From Obrimoposthia wandeli (Eukaryota): a stretch of 64,000 bases of DNA. Position numbers and translations under genes: made by a program. The notes beneath the pieces are model-generated. The model saw only the letters and a program-made list of their open reading frames with translations. It ran no database searches and was not told where the DNA came from. Position 1 is the first letter of the stretch. Every line of letters begins with the position of its first letter. This document shows, one piece after another, positions 45,805-57,992 of the stretch. The stretch spans positions 310,001-374,000 of the forward strand of contig CDROCS010000122.1 in NCBI GenBank assembly GCA_977020255.1, in the 5' to 3' direction.

Positions 45805-47907
45805 ATGGCCACGGAATCTCTCTATATTGAAAAAGAGCTTAGCTGGTTATCATTCAATGAACGAGTATTGCAAGAAGCGGCCGATAAATCAGTCCCTTTA
45901 ATTGAACGCGTTCGCTTTTTGGGCATTTTTTCGAGTAATACCGATGAGTTCTATAAAGTAAGATTTTCCGACATTAAACGTCGAATCTTGATCAATCAGG
46001 TGCAAGGTGGCGATGATGGCGCAAAGCACCTTTTAAGTAAAATTCAAAGTCGTGTACTAAAAATGAATCAAGACTTTGATACTTTATACAATGAGATATT
46101 ACTTGAAATGGCACGTCGCCATATTTTTCTGGTGAATGACCTTCAGCTAGATGAACATCAACAAAATTGGCTACGTCTATATTTCCGTGATTCCATTTTG
46201 CCTCACATTACACCGATTATACTGACTGACGATATCGACCTACTGCAATTTCTGAAAGACGAATACTCATACCTTGCCATTGAAATGCAGCAAGGCGAAA
46301 AAAAACGTCATGCCCTGATTGAGATCCCAACCGATCAACTGCCCCGTTTCATCGAATTGCCAGAACCTAAAGATAAGCGTAAGAAAACCCTCATTTTGCT
46401 CGATAACATTATCCGCTTTTGCTTAGACGATATTTTCAATGGCTTTTTTGAGTACGATAGCTTAACGGCATACTCAATGAAAATGACCCGAGACGCCGAA
46501 TACGATCTTAGCCAAGAAGTGGAACATAGCTTACTGGAACAAATGTCGGAAGGGCTAAATCAACGCATTACGGCAATGCCAGTGCGCTTTGTTTACCAAC
46601 GTGACATGCCTGGTAATATGATCGATGTACTGTGTGGGTTACTCAACGTCTCCAGCTACGACAGCATCATTCCGGGGGGGCGTTACCATAACTTCAAAGA
46701 TTTTATCGGCTTTCCTAATGTCGGGCGAAAGTACCTTGAAAACGCCTCATTAGTCCCCATTCAAAGCTACCACTTCACCCATGCTCGTAACGCATTTGAT
46801 GCCATTAAAGCACAAGATATTCTGCTGTATTACCCATATCACACCTTTAACCATGTAACGGAATTTATTCGCCAAGCGTCATACGACCCCAAAGTACGTT
46901 CGATAAAAATTAATATCTACCGCGTAGCCAAACATTCACGGGTAATTGATTCAATGATCGACGCGGCCAATAATGGAAAACGTGTCACCGTGGTGGTTGA
47001 ACTACAGGCGCGTTTTGATGAAGAAGCGAATATTGAATGGGCAAGGCGATTAACAGAAGCCGGAGTGCATGTGGTTTTTGGTGTGCCAGGTTTAAAAATT
47101 CACTCTAAATTATGCTTAATCACGCGGCAAGAAGACGATAAGCTGGTGCGGTATGCGCACATTGGCACGGGGAATTTTAACGAGAAAACAGCGCGCATTT
47201 ATACTGATTTCTCGTTAATGACCTGCAACACAGCGATTGCAGACGAAGTAAGGCAAGTCTTCAGTTACATCCAAAACCCCTATCGCCCAGTTGAATTTAC
47301 CCACCTGATTGTTTCCCCTCGCAACTCGCGAAGCCGACTCTACGATTTAATTGATCGTGAAATTGCACATGCTAAGCAAAATTTACCATCTGGTATTACA
47401 CTTAAGGTTAATAATCTTGTCGATAAGGGCTTGATTAACATGCTGTATCAGGCAAGTAATAACGGCGTCAATATTAAGCTAATTGTTCGAGGTATGTGTG
47501 CGCTTATTCCGGGGCTCAAAGGGATAAGTGAAAACATTACCGCAATCAGTATTGTTGACCGTTTTCTTGAACATCCTAGAGTGGCAGTATTCAATAATAA
47601 TAATGACCCTGAAGTCATGATCTCTTCTGCCGACTGGATGACACGTAACATAGATAACCGCATTGAAGTGGGTTGTCTGATCAGGGATCCAGCATTGAAG
47701 AAAAAAATTATCGACATCTTAAACATTCAGCTTACAGATACAGTGAAGGCACGTATTCTCGATAAAGCAATGAGCAATCAATATGTGCCTCGTGGTAATC
47801 GTCGTAAAATTCGCTCACAAATCGCCATTTACGATTACCTCAAACACAGTGAAAAGCAGCTGAAGAAACGGGCAGAAAAGGCGATAACAAACAATGACAC
47901 TGATTAA
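45805..47907 (+). CDS. ppk: Polyphosphate kinase 1
   Basis: [50 protein letters not shown]. Confidence 0.98.
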   Translation: MATESLYIEKELSWLSFNERVLQEAADKSVPLIERVRFLGIFSSNTDEFYKVRFSDIKRRILINQVQGGDDGAKHLLSKIQSRVLKMNQDFDTLYNEILLEMARRHIFLVNDLQLDEHQQNWLRLYFRDSILPHITPIILTDDIDLLQFLKDEYSYLAIEMQQGEKKRHALIEIPTDQLPRFIELPEPKDKRKKTLILLDNIIRFCLDDIFNGFFEYDSLTAYSMKMTRDAEYDLSQEVEHSLLEQMSEGLNQRITAMPVRFVYQRDMPGNMIDVLCGLLNVSSYDSIIPGGRYHNFKDFIGFPNVGRKYLENASLVPIQSYHFTHARNAFDAIKAQDILLYYPYHTFNHVTEFIRQASYDPKVRSIKINIYRVAKHSRVIDSMIDAANNGKRVTVVVELQARFDEEANIEWARRLTEAGVHVVFGVPGLKIHSKLCLITRQEDDKLVRYAHIGTGNFNEKTARIYTDFSLMTCNTAIADEVRQVFSYIQNPYRPVEFTHLIVSPRNSRSRLYDLIDREIAHAKQNLPSGITLKVNNLVDKGLINMLYQASNNGVNIKLIVRGMCALIPGLKGISENITAISIVDRFLEHPRVAVFNNNNDPEVMISSADWMTRNIDNRIEVGCLIRDPALKKKIIDILNIQLTDTVKARILDKAMSNQYVPRGNRRKIRSQIAIYDYLKHSEKQLKKRAEKAITNNDTD

Positions 47908-49402
47908 TAACGAACGTCCTCGTGAAATTGCAGCAATCGATATGGGCTCAAACAGCTTCCATATGGTTGTTGCCCGCGTTGTAGGGCAAAGCTTACAAAT
48001 TATCAGCCGCCACAAACAGCGGGTACACCTTGCTTCAGGGTTAGATTCTCAGCAGAACTTAGATCAAGCTGCGATTCAACGCGGTTTAAATTGCTTAACG
48101 ATGTTTGCAGAACGATTACAAGGTTTCGCACCCGAAAATGTACGTATTGCAGCCACCTATACCTTACGCCAAGCTCGGAATGCCCACGTTTTTTTGAAAC
48201 GTGCAGAAAGCATAATGCCCTACCCCATAGAGATCATTCCAGGCACAGAAGAAGCTCGTTTAATCTATTTAGGGGTCGCACACACTCAACCCGATACAGG
48301 TCGTAAATTGATTGTCGATATAGGCGGCGGTAGTACTGAACTGGTGATAGGTGAAGAATTCGATACGCATGTGCTTTATAGCAAACATATGGGATGTGTA
48401 AGCTACAACAAAAACCATTTTCAAAACACAAAATTAAACAGTAAAAACTTTGCTGCTGCACAACTTGCCGCGCAACAAAAAATGGAAAGTATTACCAGTC
48501 AGTACCGTAAATCCGGCTGGGGTAAAGCAGTAGGATCCTCTGGTACGATAAAAGCTATTCGAGAAGTTTTAATTGCCAGCGGTTGCTCAGATGGTGTCAT
48601 TACCAGTAAACGCTTAAACCAACTGATCGAACAAGTGTTGTCATTCAAAACAACGGAAGACCTTGAGCTACCCGGTTTAACGGATGACCGTAAACCTGTT
48701 TTTGCTGCGGGTCTTGCGATTTTAAGTGCGGTGTTTAGCGCTTTGAATATAGATGAAATGATTTATTCAGATGGGGCACTACGCGAAGGCTTATTGTATG
48801 AAATGGAAGATCGTTTCCGTCATAGCGATATTCGTACACGTACGGCCAATGCTATGGCAAAGCAATATAATATCGATATTGACCAAGCAAACCGTGTGAA
48901 ACATGCCGCTGACTATTTTTATGACCAAATAGACACGCACCCAGGGTTAGCAAAATCAGAGCTATCAATTTTATTGGGTTGGGGGGCATTACTTCACGAA
49001 GTGGGATTAAGTATTAGCTATCCAGGATTCCATCGCCATTCTGCTTATTTGCTTCGCCACAGTACAATGCCAGGTTTCAATCTTGAACAACAAACGGTAT
49101 TAGCCACTTTGGTGCGCTTTCAACGAAAAGCATTAAAACTCGAAGAAATGCCAGAGCTTAGCATCTACAAGCGTAAACATTTATACCCTTTAATTCGCAC
49201 GCTGCGTATTGCTACCGCTCTAAATGGGCAACGTACTGATGAACCTTTACCTACCATCAACATTAAGGCTGAAAAAGAACACTGGCAGCTAACGTTACCC
49301 GTAGGTTGGCTGAGTAGTAATAAGCTATTAGCGGCAGATCTAATCAAAGAACAAGAATATTGGCAAAAGGCTGGGTGGCAATTATCGATTGAAGAAGAAT
49401 AA
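47894..49402 (+). CDS. ppx: Exopolyphosphatase Ppx
   Basis: [24 protein letters not shown]; overlaps the ppk stop. Confidence 0.96.
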   Translation: MTLINNERPREIAAIDMGSNSFHMVVARVVGQSLQIISRHKQRVHLASGLDSQQNLDQAAIQRGLNCLTMFAERLQGFAPENVRIAATYTLRQARNAHVFLKRAESIMPYPIEIIPGTEEARLIYLGVAHTQPDTGRKLIVDIGGGSTELVIGEEFDTHVLYSKHMGCVSYNKNHFQNTKLNSKNFAAAQLAAQQKMESITSQYRKSGWGKAVGSSGTIKAIREVLIASGCSDGVITSKRLNQLIEQVLSFKTTEDLELPGLTDDRKPVFAAGLAILSAVFSALNIDEMIYSDGALREGLLYEMEDRFRHSDIRTRTANAMAKQYNIDIDQANRVKHAADYFYDQIDTHPGLAKSELSILLGWGALLHEVGLSISYPGFHRHSAYLLRHSTMPGFNLEQQTVLATLVRFQRKALKLEEMPELSIYKRKHLYPLIRTLRIATALNGQRTDEPLPTINIKAEKEHWQLTLPVGWLSSNKLLAADLIKEQEYWQKAGWQLSIEEE

Positions 49403-49445
49403 TGGTCATTAGCTGTCAATTCAATAAACCTTAACTCAGTGGTTT

Positions 49446-50408
49446 TTAATTCAATAATTTAAGCAAAGCTAAATCGGCATCAACAACACTGTTTGGCAGT
49501 GGAATATATCCATCTTTTTCAACGATGTTTTGCCCATTGTGCGATAAAACAAATTTAAAAAATTCAGCTAAAATCGGGTCTAATGGCTTATTTGGGGGCT
49601 TATTAACATATACATAAAGGTAACGTGCTAGTGGGTAACTGCCATTTATCGAATTCTCAATCGTTGCATCCACATAGTTATCTCCCTCTCTCGCCACTGG
49701 AATCGCACGAATACCCGTTGTTTTATAACCAATACCCGAATAACCAATTGCGTTCAATGATGTTGATACCGACTGTACGACGGATGCAGAGCCTGGCTGC
49801 TCATTAACATTATTAAGAAAGTCACCTTTGCACAGTGCTCGTTGTTTAAAATAACCATACGTGCCTGATACCGAATTTCGCCCAAAACGTTGAATATCTC
49901 GATCAGCCCAACGCCCTGTTAAACCTAGCTGCCCCCAACGAGTGATCGGCTGTGTTGCCCCACAACGATACGTTCGAGAATATACGGCATCAAGCTGCTC
50001 AAAATTAATGCCCTTTAACGGATTATCCTCATGAACAAACACTGCTAAAGCATCAATGGCGACACGAATGGCTGTCGGTTTATAACCATACTCATGCTCA
50101 AAAGCTTCAATTTCTTTGGCCTTCATTTTACGGCTCATCGGGCCAAGTTGAGCCGTTGCTTCTGTTAATGCGGTAGGGGCCGTAGACGAACCTGCGGTTT
50201 GAATTTGAATATTCACATTCGGATATTTACGTTTAAATTCTTCGCCCCAATAGGTCATCAGGTTCGCGAGCGTATCTGAACCCACAGACGATAAATTACC
50301 AGAAACACCACTGATCTTTTGGTATTTGGCTAAATCGGCATCTAATGCCCAAGCGTTGTGCATACTGAATGCAAGTATCATGGGAAGAATACGGCGTATT
50401 ACACTCAT
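49446..50408 (-). CDS. pstS: Phosphate-binding protein PstS (Pseudomonas/Vibrio type)
   Basis: [29 protein letters not shown]; start moved to MSVIRR (AAGGA upstream), with a signal peptide. Confidence 0.92.
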   Translation of the reverse strand: MSVIRRILPMILAFSMHNAWALDADLAKYQKISGVSGNLSSVGSDTLANLMTYWGEEFKRKYPNVNIQIQTAGSSTAPTALTEATAQLGPMSRKMKAKEIEAFEHEYGYKPTAIRVAIDALAVFVHEDNPLKGINFEQLDAVYSRTYRCGATQPITRWGQLGLTGRWADRDIQRFGRNSVSGTYGYFKQRALCKGDFLNNVNEQPGSASVVQSVSTSLNAIGYSGIGYKTTGIRAIPVAREGDNYVDATIENSINGSYPLARYLYVYVNKPPNKPLDPILAEFFKFVLSHNGQNIVEKDGYIPLPNSVVDADLALLKLLN

Positions 50409-50451
50409 ATTAGGTGTTTGTCCTTCTACATTCAGCCTGAAATAAAACGGC

Positions 50452-50474
50452 AAAAGCGACCGTCTATGGTCGCT
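50452..50474 (-). terminator. Terminator-like hairpin between phoR and pstS
   Basis: AGCGACC-ATAGAC-GGTCGCT followed by TTTG..TTTTATTT on the minus strand. Confidence 0.55.
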
Positions 50475-50502
50475 ATTGATTAATGCTTTGCTAGCATCGC
50501 AA

Positions 50503-51807
50503 TTATGCTGCTTGTGCCACTAACCGTTGAGGCAAGGTGAAAGAAAAGGTACTGCCTTTATCTAATTCACTTTCAATCTCAAGTTGTGAATCGTGGTGGC
50601 TCAGCGCATGCTTCACAATAGCAAGACCTAACCCACTACCACCCGTTTCACGTGAACGTGCTTTATCAACGCGATAAAAACGCTCAGTTAATCGGTGAAT
50701 ATGTTGTGGCCCTATACCGTCACCACTATCAGTTACTTCTAATCTTGGGCCACCAGCTGAAAGATACCAACGCACTGTAATATTGGCATCGCTCGGGGTG
50801 TGTTTAACAGCATTATATACCAAGTTAGACACAGCACTACGTAGCTGGTCTTCATCACCAAAGACATTTAATGATGCGTCAACATCAAACGTGAAGTGTT
50901 GATTTTTATTACCACTTAACGATATCGCCTCTTTCTCAAGAATGTCGAGCATGGCAGGTATATTAACGGTTTCTTCCAACTCAATCGTCGGCGCAGCTTC
51001 AATCTTAGAGAGCGTTAATAACTGCTCGACTAAAGAGTTCATGCGAACAAGTTGCTCGGTCATTACACCGTGTGCTTTACCCCACATTGGCCCCGCCAGC
51101 ATTTCTGGGTCTTTCGACATTTCCAGATAACCTTGCAGTACTGTCATTGGGGTGCGTAATTCATGAGAAACGTTAGCAAAGAAGTTACGACGCATGCCTT
51201 CTAACTGCTTCAATTGAGAAACATCACGCACAACCATCAGGTATTCGCCTTCGGTATAACGCATAATACGCAGCTCTAATGTACGATCATAATTGAGTGG
51301 GGAAGTGATTTCTAAAGGATACTCAAATTCTTGTTTGGCGATGTAGCGAACAAAATCAGGGCTGCGTAATAAATTACTGATCGGCTGACCCGCATCATCA
51401 GGCCAACGTAAACCCAATAAGTGCTGTGCCAGTTTATTACACCAAACAATGTTGCCTTCACTTCTAAAAACAACAACGGCATCAGGTAGGGATTCTGCAC
51501 CATTTCGGAAACGGCGAATTAGCGTGGCAAGTTCTCGACGGCGGCGGCGATTACGCTGCTGTAAACGATACATACCATTAAAAAGCGGTTCCCAACTACC
51601 TGAACCAGAAGGGGGAGTCAGGCTACGCTCTTTCCATAGCCAGTCAGACATTTTCAATTGATTATGAAAATGCCAGATTAACTGAATCCAAGTTGCGACC
51701 AATAAGAACCACGGTAAATAGCCAAACACTAAACCGAGAATTACCCAAGGAAAGTAAAAAAAAGCGAGTTCCAAAACCAGCTTTTTCCACGACAACCGCT
51801 CAACCAT
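50503..51807 (-). CDS. phoR: Sensor kinase PhoR
   Basis: [12 protein letters not shown]-box, [24 protein letters not shown]. Confidence 0.97.
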   Translation of the reverse strand: MVERLSWKKLVLELAFFYFPWVILGLVFGYLPWFLLVATWIQLIWHFHNQLKMSDWLWKERSLTPPSGSGSWEPLFNGMYRLQQRNRRRRRELATLIRRFRNGAESLPDAVVVFRSEGNIVWCNKLAQHLLGLRWPDDAGQPISNLLRSPDFVRYIAKQEFEYPLEITSPLNYDRTLELRIMRYTEGEYLMVVRDVSQLKQLEGMRRNFFANVSHELRTPMTVLQGYLEMSKDPEMLAGPMWGKAHGVMTEQLVRMNSLVEQLLTLSKIEAAPTIELEETVNIPAMLDILEKEAISLSGNKNQHFTFDVDASLNVFGDEDQLRSAVSNLVYNAVKHTPSDANITVRWYLSAGGPRLEVTDSGDGIGPQHIHRLTERFYRVDKARSRETGGSGLGLAIVKHALSHHDSQLEIESELDKGSTFSFTLPQRLVAQAA

Positions 51808-51945
51808 TAAAACTCCATATCAATGAAGATTGACTCTCGTCCCTTCATCGCTTTTCAATATACTTCTGATTTCTAATCTACCGTGTGGCACTAGAGATCA
51901 TACTTTGCTGTTGATAGGCACTGTTTAAGCTAAACAAGCACACCA

Positions 51946-52635
51946 TTACATGCGTGTCGAGAATCGGTAACCCGCACCACGAACTGTTTGTACCATTTTA
52001 TCGTGTCCGCCCGCTTCAAGCGCTTTACGTAAACGACGAATGTGTACATCAACCGTGCGGTCTTCAACATACACGTTAGTACCCCACACATTGTTCAATA
52101 GCTGCTCACGACTATATACACGCTCTTGGTGTGTCATAAAGAAGTGCAGCATCTTAAACTCTGTTGGTCCCATGTCTAATGGCTCATCACCCGTAGTTAC
52201 ACGGTGTGATACAGGGTCTAACTTTAAACCTTGTACATCAATAACATCATCCAGTGACGTCGGTGATACACGACGCATTACCGCTTTAAGACGTGCTATT
52301 AGCTCTTTCGGTGAAAATGGTTTGGTGATGTAATCATCAGCACCCACTTCAAGGCCACGCACTTTATCTTCTTCTTCACCACGTGCCGTTAACATTACGA
52401 CAGGGATCTGACGCGTTAGCTCATCACGCTTTAGGTGCTTAATCAGGTTAATGCCTGAACCACCCGGTAACATCCAATCCATTAGAATCAATTCAGGATA
52501 CGGTTCGCAAATTTTTTCTAATGCATCATCATAATCTTCGGCTTCAATGGGTTGATAGCCTTTTTGTTCTAGTACAAAACACAACATCTCGCGGATTGGT
52601 GCTTCGTCTTCTACAACAAGAATCCTTCTTACCAT
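51946..52635 (-). CDS. phoB: Response regulator PhoB
   Basis: [32 protein letters not shown]. Confidence 0.98.
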   Translation of the reverse strand: MVRRILVVEDEAPIREMLCFVLEQKGYQPIEAEDYDDALEKICEPYPELILMDWMLPGGSGINLIKHLKRDELTRQIPVVMLTARGEEEDKVRGLEVGADDYITKPFSPKELIARLKAVMRRVSPTSLDDVIDVQGLKLDPVSHRVTTGDEPLDMGPTEFKMLHFFMTHQERVYSREQLLNNVWGTNVYVEDRTVDVHIRRLRKALEAGGHDKMVQTVRGAGYRFSTRM

Positions 52636-52672
52636 AGTGATACTTACCTAGTAGTTGCTGTATTTGAGCGTC

Positions 52673-52706
52673 ATTATGTGTGTTAAGTATGACACTTTTG
52701 TGACTC
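52673..52706 (-). promoter_or_regulatory. Pho box promoter of phoBR
   Basis: Minus strand GAGTCAC-AAAA-GTGTCAT (52706-52689), 10-nt spacer, then CATAAT. Confidence 0.85.
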
Positions 52707-52802
52707 TTGGCGATAAAAACGTAACCAAGTATTTATCTAAGTGAAATGCATCTGGTGTCTTATTGTATTAATGACACCTCAAATGTATTCAATTAGTTAC
52801 GT

Positions 52803-55800
52803 TTAACCCTTAATCGATACTTGGCTGCGACCACCACCGACGGCCTCTACGGCGACTTGTACACCAATACGTTCGACCAATGTGCCTACATGTGAAATCA
52901 CCCCAATTTGACGTCCATCAGCTTGCAATGCATCAAGACAAGCTAATGCCATCTCTAAACTATCTGGGTCTAAGGTGCCGAAGCCTTCATCAATAAACAA
53001 AGAGCCTAGCTTACGCGTATCCGCAGCCAACGAAGCAAGTGCCAACGCCAAAGAAAGAGACACTAAGAAACTTTCACCACCCGATAACGATTCAACACTG
53101 CGTACTTCATCCCCCATATCATGGTCGATCACTTGCAGTGCTAACGGGCTACCCGGTACAGGTTGTAAAGCATAACGTGGGGCCAAATCTTGTAAATGCT
53201 CATTGGCTAAAATTACCAATTGTTGCAAAGTTAAACCCTGTGCCAAAGTACGGAACTTGTTACCCGTCGCCGAACCGATCAATTCATTCATTTGTAGCCA
53301 CAATTCGGTTTGCGTTTGCTGTTTTATTCGCTGTTGAGTCAATTCACCCGATTGTAACTCAGCTTGTTTCGCTAACTCTAATTGCTGACGATGTTGGAAA
53401 ACTTGCTCATCCAATACATTTTTTTGATTATTCCAATCAGCAACTAACTCTGCTTGCTGCTCACTGTCTTCTGCCAGCTCATGCTGTATTAGCCACTGAT
53501 GTGATAAGGCAGCCAATGCTTGATGTTCAATGACCGCTTGTTCGCGTTCCACTAACACCGTTAACGCGGAAGATAGCGTTTGTTCAATCAGCTTTAGCGC
53601 TTCACGTTCTTGAGTTAACCACGCATCGTCTTTACTCAGTAATGCCGTAAGCTGTTGTTCGGTTAACGTTAGCTTTTGCTGCCATTCATTCCAACGTGTT
53701 ACTGCCTTTTTTTGCTCTTCTTGCGTCTCTACCTGTTGCTGTTGGCTGCTTTTCAGTGCTGCATTTGCTGCTGCTTGCGCTTCGCCTGATTGACGCTGAA
53801 CGGCTTGTATTTGGGTTAATGTTTCTTGTTGATTTTTTAACGCTTGTTTATGTTGCTGCTCTACTTGCTGTAGATTACTTTCGCCAATAATCTCGACGCG
53901 CTTTAGCCAAACTTGCTGAATGTCTTTTTTCAACAACGCAACTTTGTCACCCGTGGCTGAACATTGCTTTTGCGTATTTTGCAGTAACGTTTCTGCCTCT
54001 GCGATTTTAGGTGCGAGCTCTGTCAGCAGCTTTTCACTTTCAAGCAAGTCACGTTGATTCGTCATAAAGCATTGAACATCATGACTAAGCTTTTGGAAAA
54101 AACCTTCTTCGCCTTGTACTTTTAATTGCTCAAGCCACACATTGTTGGTGTATTGCTCATTCAATGTATTCGCGCGTGATGTACGTATTTCCTCTTGAGT
54201 CGCACTTTGCTTTTCAAGTGATTTAAGGCGCTCTTGCCACTGCATAGTGACTTGCGCTAATTCATGAAGCTGCTTGGTTAACTGCGATTCATCTTGTTGA
54301 AGCTGCTGTAGCTGAGTTTGCAACCGACGCCCCAGCAAGATTTGCTGCTGACGTTGCTCACCGCTTTGCTGTAACGATCTTAAATCATGATCAGCCTGTT
54401 CAACATCTTGTTGCCATTGGATCAATTGCTGGTTGAGCGTCTGAAGATCAGCGTGCGACGGTATTAGCTCAGCACTCTTTACCGTTTTTAATATGCTTTC
54501 ATACTGCGCGTATAGCTGCTCAATACGAAGATTCAGCTGCTGATACTCTGTCTTTAACAAAACTAAACGTTGCTGATCTTTAGGTAATGATTGCTGAAGA
54601 TGACGCCGCTCGACATCACCATCTTGCAGCTGTTTCGCCAGTGTTTGTAAACGTTGTTGTTGGCTTTGTAATAACCCATCCACAACGGGATTGCTGCTCG
54701 CGTAAGGGTGATCTAACGAACCACACAACGGACAAGCTTCTTTATCTTTTAATTCATTGCGGTAATCACCCAGATTCATGACTGCGCGACTTTGCTGCAG
54801 CATGTATTCTACTTCTTTGTGTTGCACCAACAGCGTGTCGAGTTCTGGCTGTAATACCACTAAGCGTTGTTCTGATTGCGCTAATACACCTTGTAATTCA
54901 TGCTGCTCTGTTTGTAACTTGTCAGCTTGAAGTAGCAGTGATACCCACTCTTTGGTTCCAGAAATGGCCTGACGCAATACATCTCGACATTGCTGCTTTT
55001 CAGCGTACTGCGTGCGTTCTTGTGTTTGCTGTTGTTCTAGCTGTTCAAGATCGAGTGTTTTGCTTTGCGCTTCACAGTCCAACTTATTCACTTGAAGTGT
55101 TTGCACTTGCTGCTCAAATACCAGCCGTTTCTGTTGACTATTTTCTTGTTCACATTCTATTTTCAGCTTTTCTTTACGCAGCACCGAGTAAGCACGATGT
55201 GCCGCTAAATATTGCTGCAGGTTATCTTCAACAGAGGCATATTGTTCAGCCACACCTTTGAATGAATGGCTTTTCTTTAGTACATCCGATAATTGCTGCT
55301 GACGTTGCTGCTGCACTTGTTGTTGCTGTTGAATTACCTGAAGGTGTTGCTGCTGCTCTGTGACGATAACGCTATGTTGCTGTAATACATTTTCCTGCTC
55401 AGTTAACTGAATACGTAAACCATCGGCTTGCTGATCCCACTTCGCGGCTTCTTTAATTTTGGGTTCTAATTGTTGCCACTCTTGCTCTAATTGATTCAAC
55501 GCCTCTGTTGCTTGTTTTGCCTGTAAATCTGCATCTACACACTTTTGTTGCTCTGTCGCTAACCGTGTTTCTGTGAGAACGAGTGTTTGTTCAATCTTGG
55601 TTAATTGTGAGCTGACTTGCTGAAGCAAAGAAAAATCACGATGGGCTGGCTGTGCTTTTTCAATAAGCGTTAGTTGTTCGTAACGCGGCAGAGCCTGCTC
55701 TTTTTGCTGTTGAGCTTCCGTACACTTCAGCTGTGTTTCAGCCACACGTACTGCTAACACTGACTCAGTTTTTAACGTTTGTTGGTGTTGTTTAAATTCG

Positions 55801-56573
55801 TTTAGCTGGGCATCTAATTGCTGCACTTGTTGTTTTAATTGCTCACATTGAGTGCTTAGCAATTGCTTTTCTTCATCCGATAACAAAGCAATATCACCCA
55901 ACTTATCTTGCAGTTGAGTTAATGCCTGTTTTTCAACACGAGCACGTTCATAAGCTGCCACTGACAGTTGACCGTATATTTCACCGCCCGTCATGCGCTC
56001 TAGCAATGCCGCTCGATCATCAGCCCCCGCTTTTAAGAACGCCGCAAATTCCCCTTGTGGCAACATCACCGCACGGCGAAATTGTTCGAAGGTTAAACCG
56101 ATTAAGCGTTCAATTTCAGCTTGTAATTCTTGCTTCTTGCCCGCGAAACGTTGCCCCGTGTCGATATTTTCAAGCCATTGTTCTGCAGCTTGAACACGCC
56201 CTTCAGCACGCCCGCGCGCACGTCGAACATGCCAATGCGATCGCCAATGGCTACCGTCGTTGGCCACAAAATCGACCTCAGTAAATGCTTCTGCTTTACC
56301 GCGAGATAAAATACTTCTTACATCGTTCGCTTTAATTCGGTTTTCATCGCTATCACGGCCAATTTCAGCATCATTTTTTTTATTCGATTGTAGGCGAGGA
56401 ATGCGATCGTACAATGCTAGGCAAATCGCATCTAATAACGTTGATTTACCCGCTCCGGTTTTACCTGTTATTGCAAATAAACCCGCTTCCCCTAAACGAC
56501 CGCCCGCAAAATCGATCTCAAATTTGCTTTGCAAGCTGGCAAGGTTTTCACCTCGTAGTGCTAAAATTTTCAT
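52803..56573 (-). CDS. sbcC: SbcC (Rad50-like ATPase)
   Basis: GKTGAGKST, CPLCG zinc hook, LSGGE, LFIDEGFG, long coiled coils. Confidence 0.95.
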   Translation of the reverse strand: MKILALRGENLASLQSKFEIDFAGGRLGEAGLFAITGKTGAGKSTLLDAICLALYDRIPRLQSNKKNDAEIGRDSDENRIKANDVRSILSRGKAEAFTEVDFVANDGSHWRSHWHVRRARGRAEGRVQAAEQWLENIDTGQRFAGKKQELQAEIERLIGLTFEQFRRAVMLPQGEFAAFLKAGADDRAALLERMTGGEIYGQLSVAAYERARVEKQALTQLQDKLGDIALLSDEEKQLLSTQCEQLKQQVQQLDAQLNEFKQHQQTLKTESVLAVRVAETQLKCTEAQQQKEQALPRYEQLTLIEKAQPAHRDFSLLQQVSSQLTKIEQTLVLTETRLATEQQKCVDADLQAKQATEALNQLEQEWQQLEPKIKEAAKWDQQADGLRIQLTEQENVLQQHSVIVTEQQQHLQVIQQQQQVQQQRQQQLSDVLKKSHSFKGVAEQYASVEDNLQQYLAAHRAYSVLRKEKLKIECEQENSQQKRLVFEQQVQTLQVNKLDCEAQSKTLDLEQLEQQQTQERTQYAEKQQCRDVLRQAISGTKEWVSLLLQADKLQTEQHELQGVLAQSEQRLVVLQPELDTLLVQHKEVEYMLQQSRAVMNLGDYRNELKDKEACPLCGSLDHPYASSNPVVDGLLQSQQQRLQTLAKQLQDGDVERRHLQQSLPKDQQRLVLLKTEYQQLNLRIEQLYAQYESILKTVKSAELIPSHADLQTLNQQLIQWQQDVEQADHDLRSLQQSGEQRQQQILLGRRLQTQLQQLQQDESQLTKQLHELAQVTMQWQERLKSLEKQSATQEEIRTSRANTLNEQYTNNVWLEQLKVQGEEGFFQKLSHDVQCFMTNQRDLLESEKLLTELAPKIAEAETLLQNTQKQCSATGDKVALLKKDIQQVWLKRVEIIGESNLQQVEQQHKQALKNQQETLTQIQAVQRQSGEAQAAANAALKSSQQQQVETQEEQKKAVTRWNEWQQKLTLTEQQLTALLSKDDAWLTQEREALKLIEQTLSSALTVLVEREQAVIEHQALAALSHQWLIQHELAEDSEQQAELVADWNNQKNVLDEQVFQHRQQLELAKQAELQSGELTQQRIKQQTQTELWLQMNELIGSATGNKFRTLAQGLTLQQLVILANEHLQDLAPRYALQPVPGSPLALQVIDHDMGDEVRSVESLSGGESFLVSLSLALALASLAADTRKLGSLFIDEGFGTLDPDSLEMALACLDALQADGRQIGVISHVGTLVERIGVQVAVEAVGGGRSQVSIKG

Positions 56574-57838
56574 TATTTGCCACCTTCCCTACGCACTGCA
56601 TCACCATCTTGGGCATCTTCAACTTGAATCAATAATTGTTCGAAAGCAGATGCCATGGCTTCATCTGGCTCACCTTGATATTTCTTCGCCCAACTCAAGG
56701 CAAACACTTGCTCGGGTGAAACGTCTGATAAACGTCGGTGATTCAATGAATCTTGCTGCTCTTGTTGCTGATAATGAGGGGTAATTTTAGCTAAACGCAC
56801 GGCCTTACCATCGATGGCTTGTAATACTTTTTCTCGCAATAATGCTTGAGGCTTATCAAGCAATACATGCACTTCTAAAAACGGTTGTTGCTCGCGAGGT
56901 ACATCGTCAACCGATAGCGCTTCGAGCGCTTCCAATACTTGCTCGAGAGGGGCTGGCGATGATGGCACTTTCAACATATCGACGGTACGAGGAATCACGA
57001 TTGATTCAATTTGACTGACAGTTTTACCATCGAGTTCAACAATAACCGCTTGGTGCGTATAATTACGTTCAGCCATTGAGAGCGGAATTGGCGAGCCGCA
57101 ATAACGAACATGTTCTTTTTTGGCAACACGCTGCGCTAGGTGTAAATGCCCAAGAGCAACATAGGTAATGTCATCGGCAAATATGGATGCTGGCAAGGCG
57201 TGTTGATTACCGCCCAATACACGACGTTCCGACATTTCAGATAATTTCCCCGATGCCATATACGCATGTCCCATTCCGATCAATGCTTGCTGATCGGTCT
57301 GTAACGCACGCGCAGCATCGGTCATTTCACCGTATAAGGTTTCCACGCCTTTAATCAGGCGATCATCTTCTTCATCAAGATCTTCAGTGCGCAAATCAGC
57401 ACTGCGCAAAAAAGGCACGGCTAATACCCAAGCGGCCTGTTCACCTTGCTTGTTCGTAATCGGAATCAACATGCGTTCATGATCAAGCTGACCATTTTCA
57501 TCACGGTGAATACCACCCACCATATGCAAATCAAAGGCTTTCAATAATTCATGCGGGGCATCTAATTTACTTGGGGAGTCATGATTTCCCCCTATCATCA
57601 CCACATCAAGGTTTGGCAAACTTTTCGCGACACGCGCAAGAAATCGATACAGCATGCGCCACGCACTGGCAGGAGGGTTCGCGGTATCAAAAATATCGCC
57701 CGCAACCAACAAGGCATCAACCTGCTGCAGTTCTAAGGTATTGGCTAACCAATCTAAAAAAGTTTGATGTTCATAATCACGACTATAACCATGTAGTTGG
57801 TGCCCGAGATGCCAATCTGATGTGTGAAGAATTTTCAT
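56573..57838 (-). CDS. sbcD: SbcD (Mre11-like nuclease)
   Basis: TSDWHLG, GDIFD, GNHD, LGHLH; TAATG coupling to sbcC; start moved to MKILH. Confidence 0.95.
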   Translation of the reverse strand: MKILHTSDWHLGHQLHGYSRDYEHQTFLDWLANTLELQQVDALLVAGDIFDTANPPASAWRMLYRFLARVAKSLPNLDVVMIGGNHDSPSKLDAPHELLKAFDLHMVGGIHRDENGQLDHERMLIPITNKQGEQAAWVLAVPFLRSADLRTEDLDEEDDRLIKGVETLYGEMTDAARALQTDQQALIGMGHAYMASGKLSEMSERRVLGGNQHALPASIFADDITYVALGHLHLAQRVAKKEHVRYCGSPIPLSMAERNYTHQAVIVELDGKTVSQIESIVIPRTVDMLKVPSSPAPLEQVLEALEALSVDDVPREQQPFLEVHVLLDKPQALLREKVLQAIDGKAVRLAKITPHYQQQEQQDSLNHRRLSDVSPEQVFALSWAKKYQGEPDEAMASAFEQLLIQVEDAQDGDAVRREGGK

Positions 57839-57992
57839 TATGATATGTATGCACAAGCCAAGAAAAACTTCCTCGATTGTACCCTACAAATCATAATATC
57901 CACGCAAATCCTCATCAGAAAAATTGCGACAAAACCGCAGCAATACAATAGTATTAAGCCTCAAATGCACAACCCTAGGATTTGTAACTACC

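Noticed and set aside
52803-57838. SMC-like ATPase plus nuclease as a possible defence system; Gln-rich low-complexity repeats
   Set aside because: Motifs and gene order are canonical SbcCD; the Gln richness reflects the coiled coil
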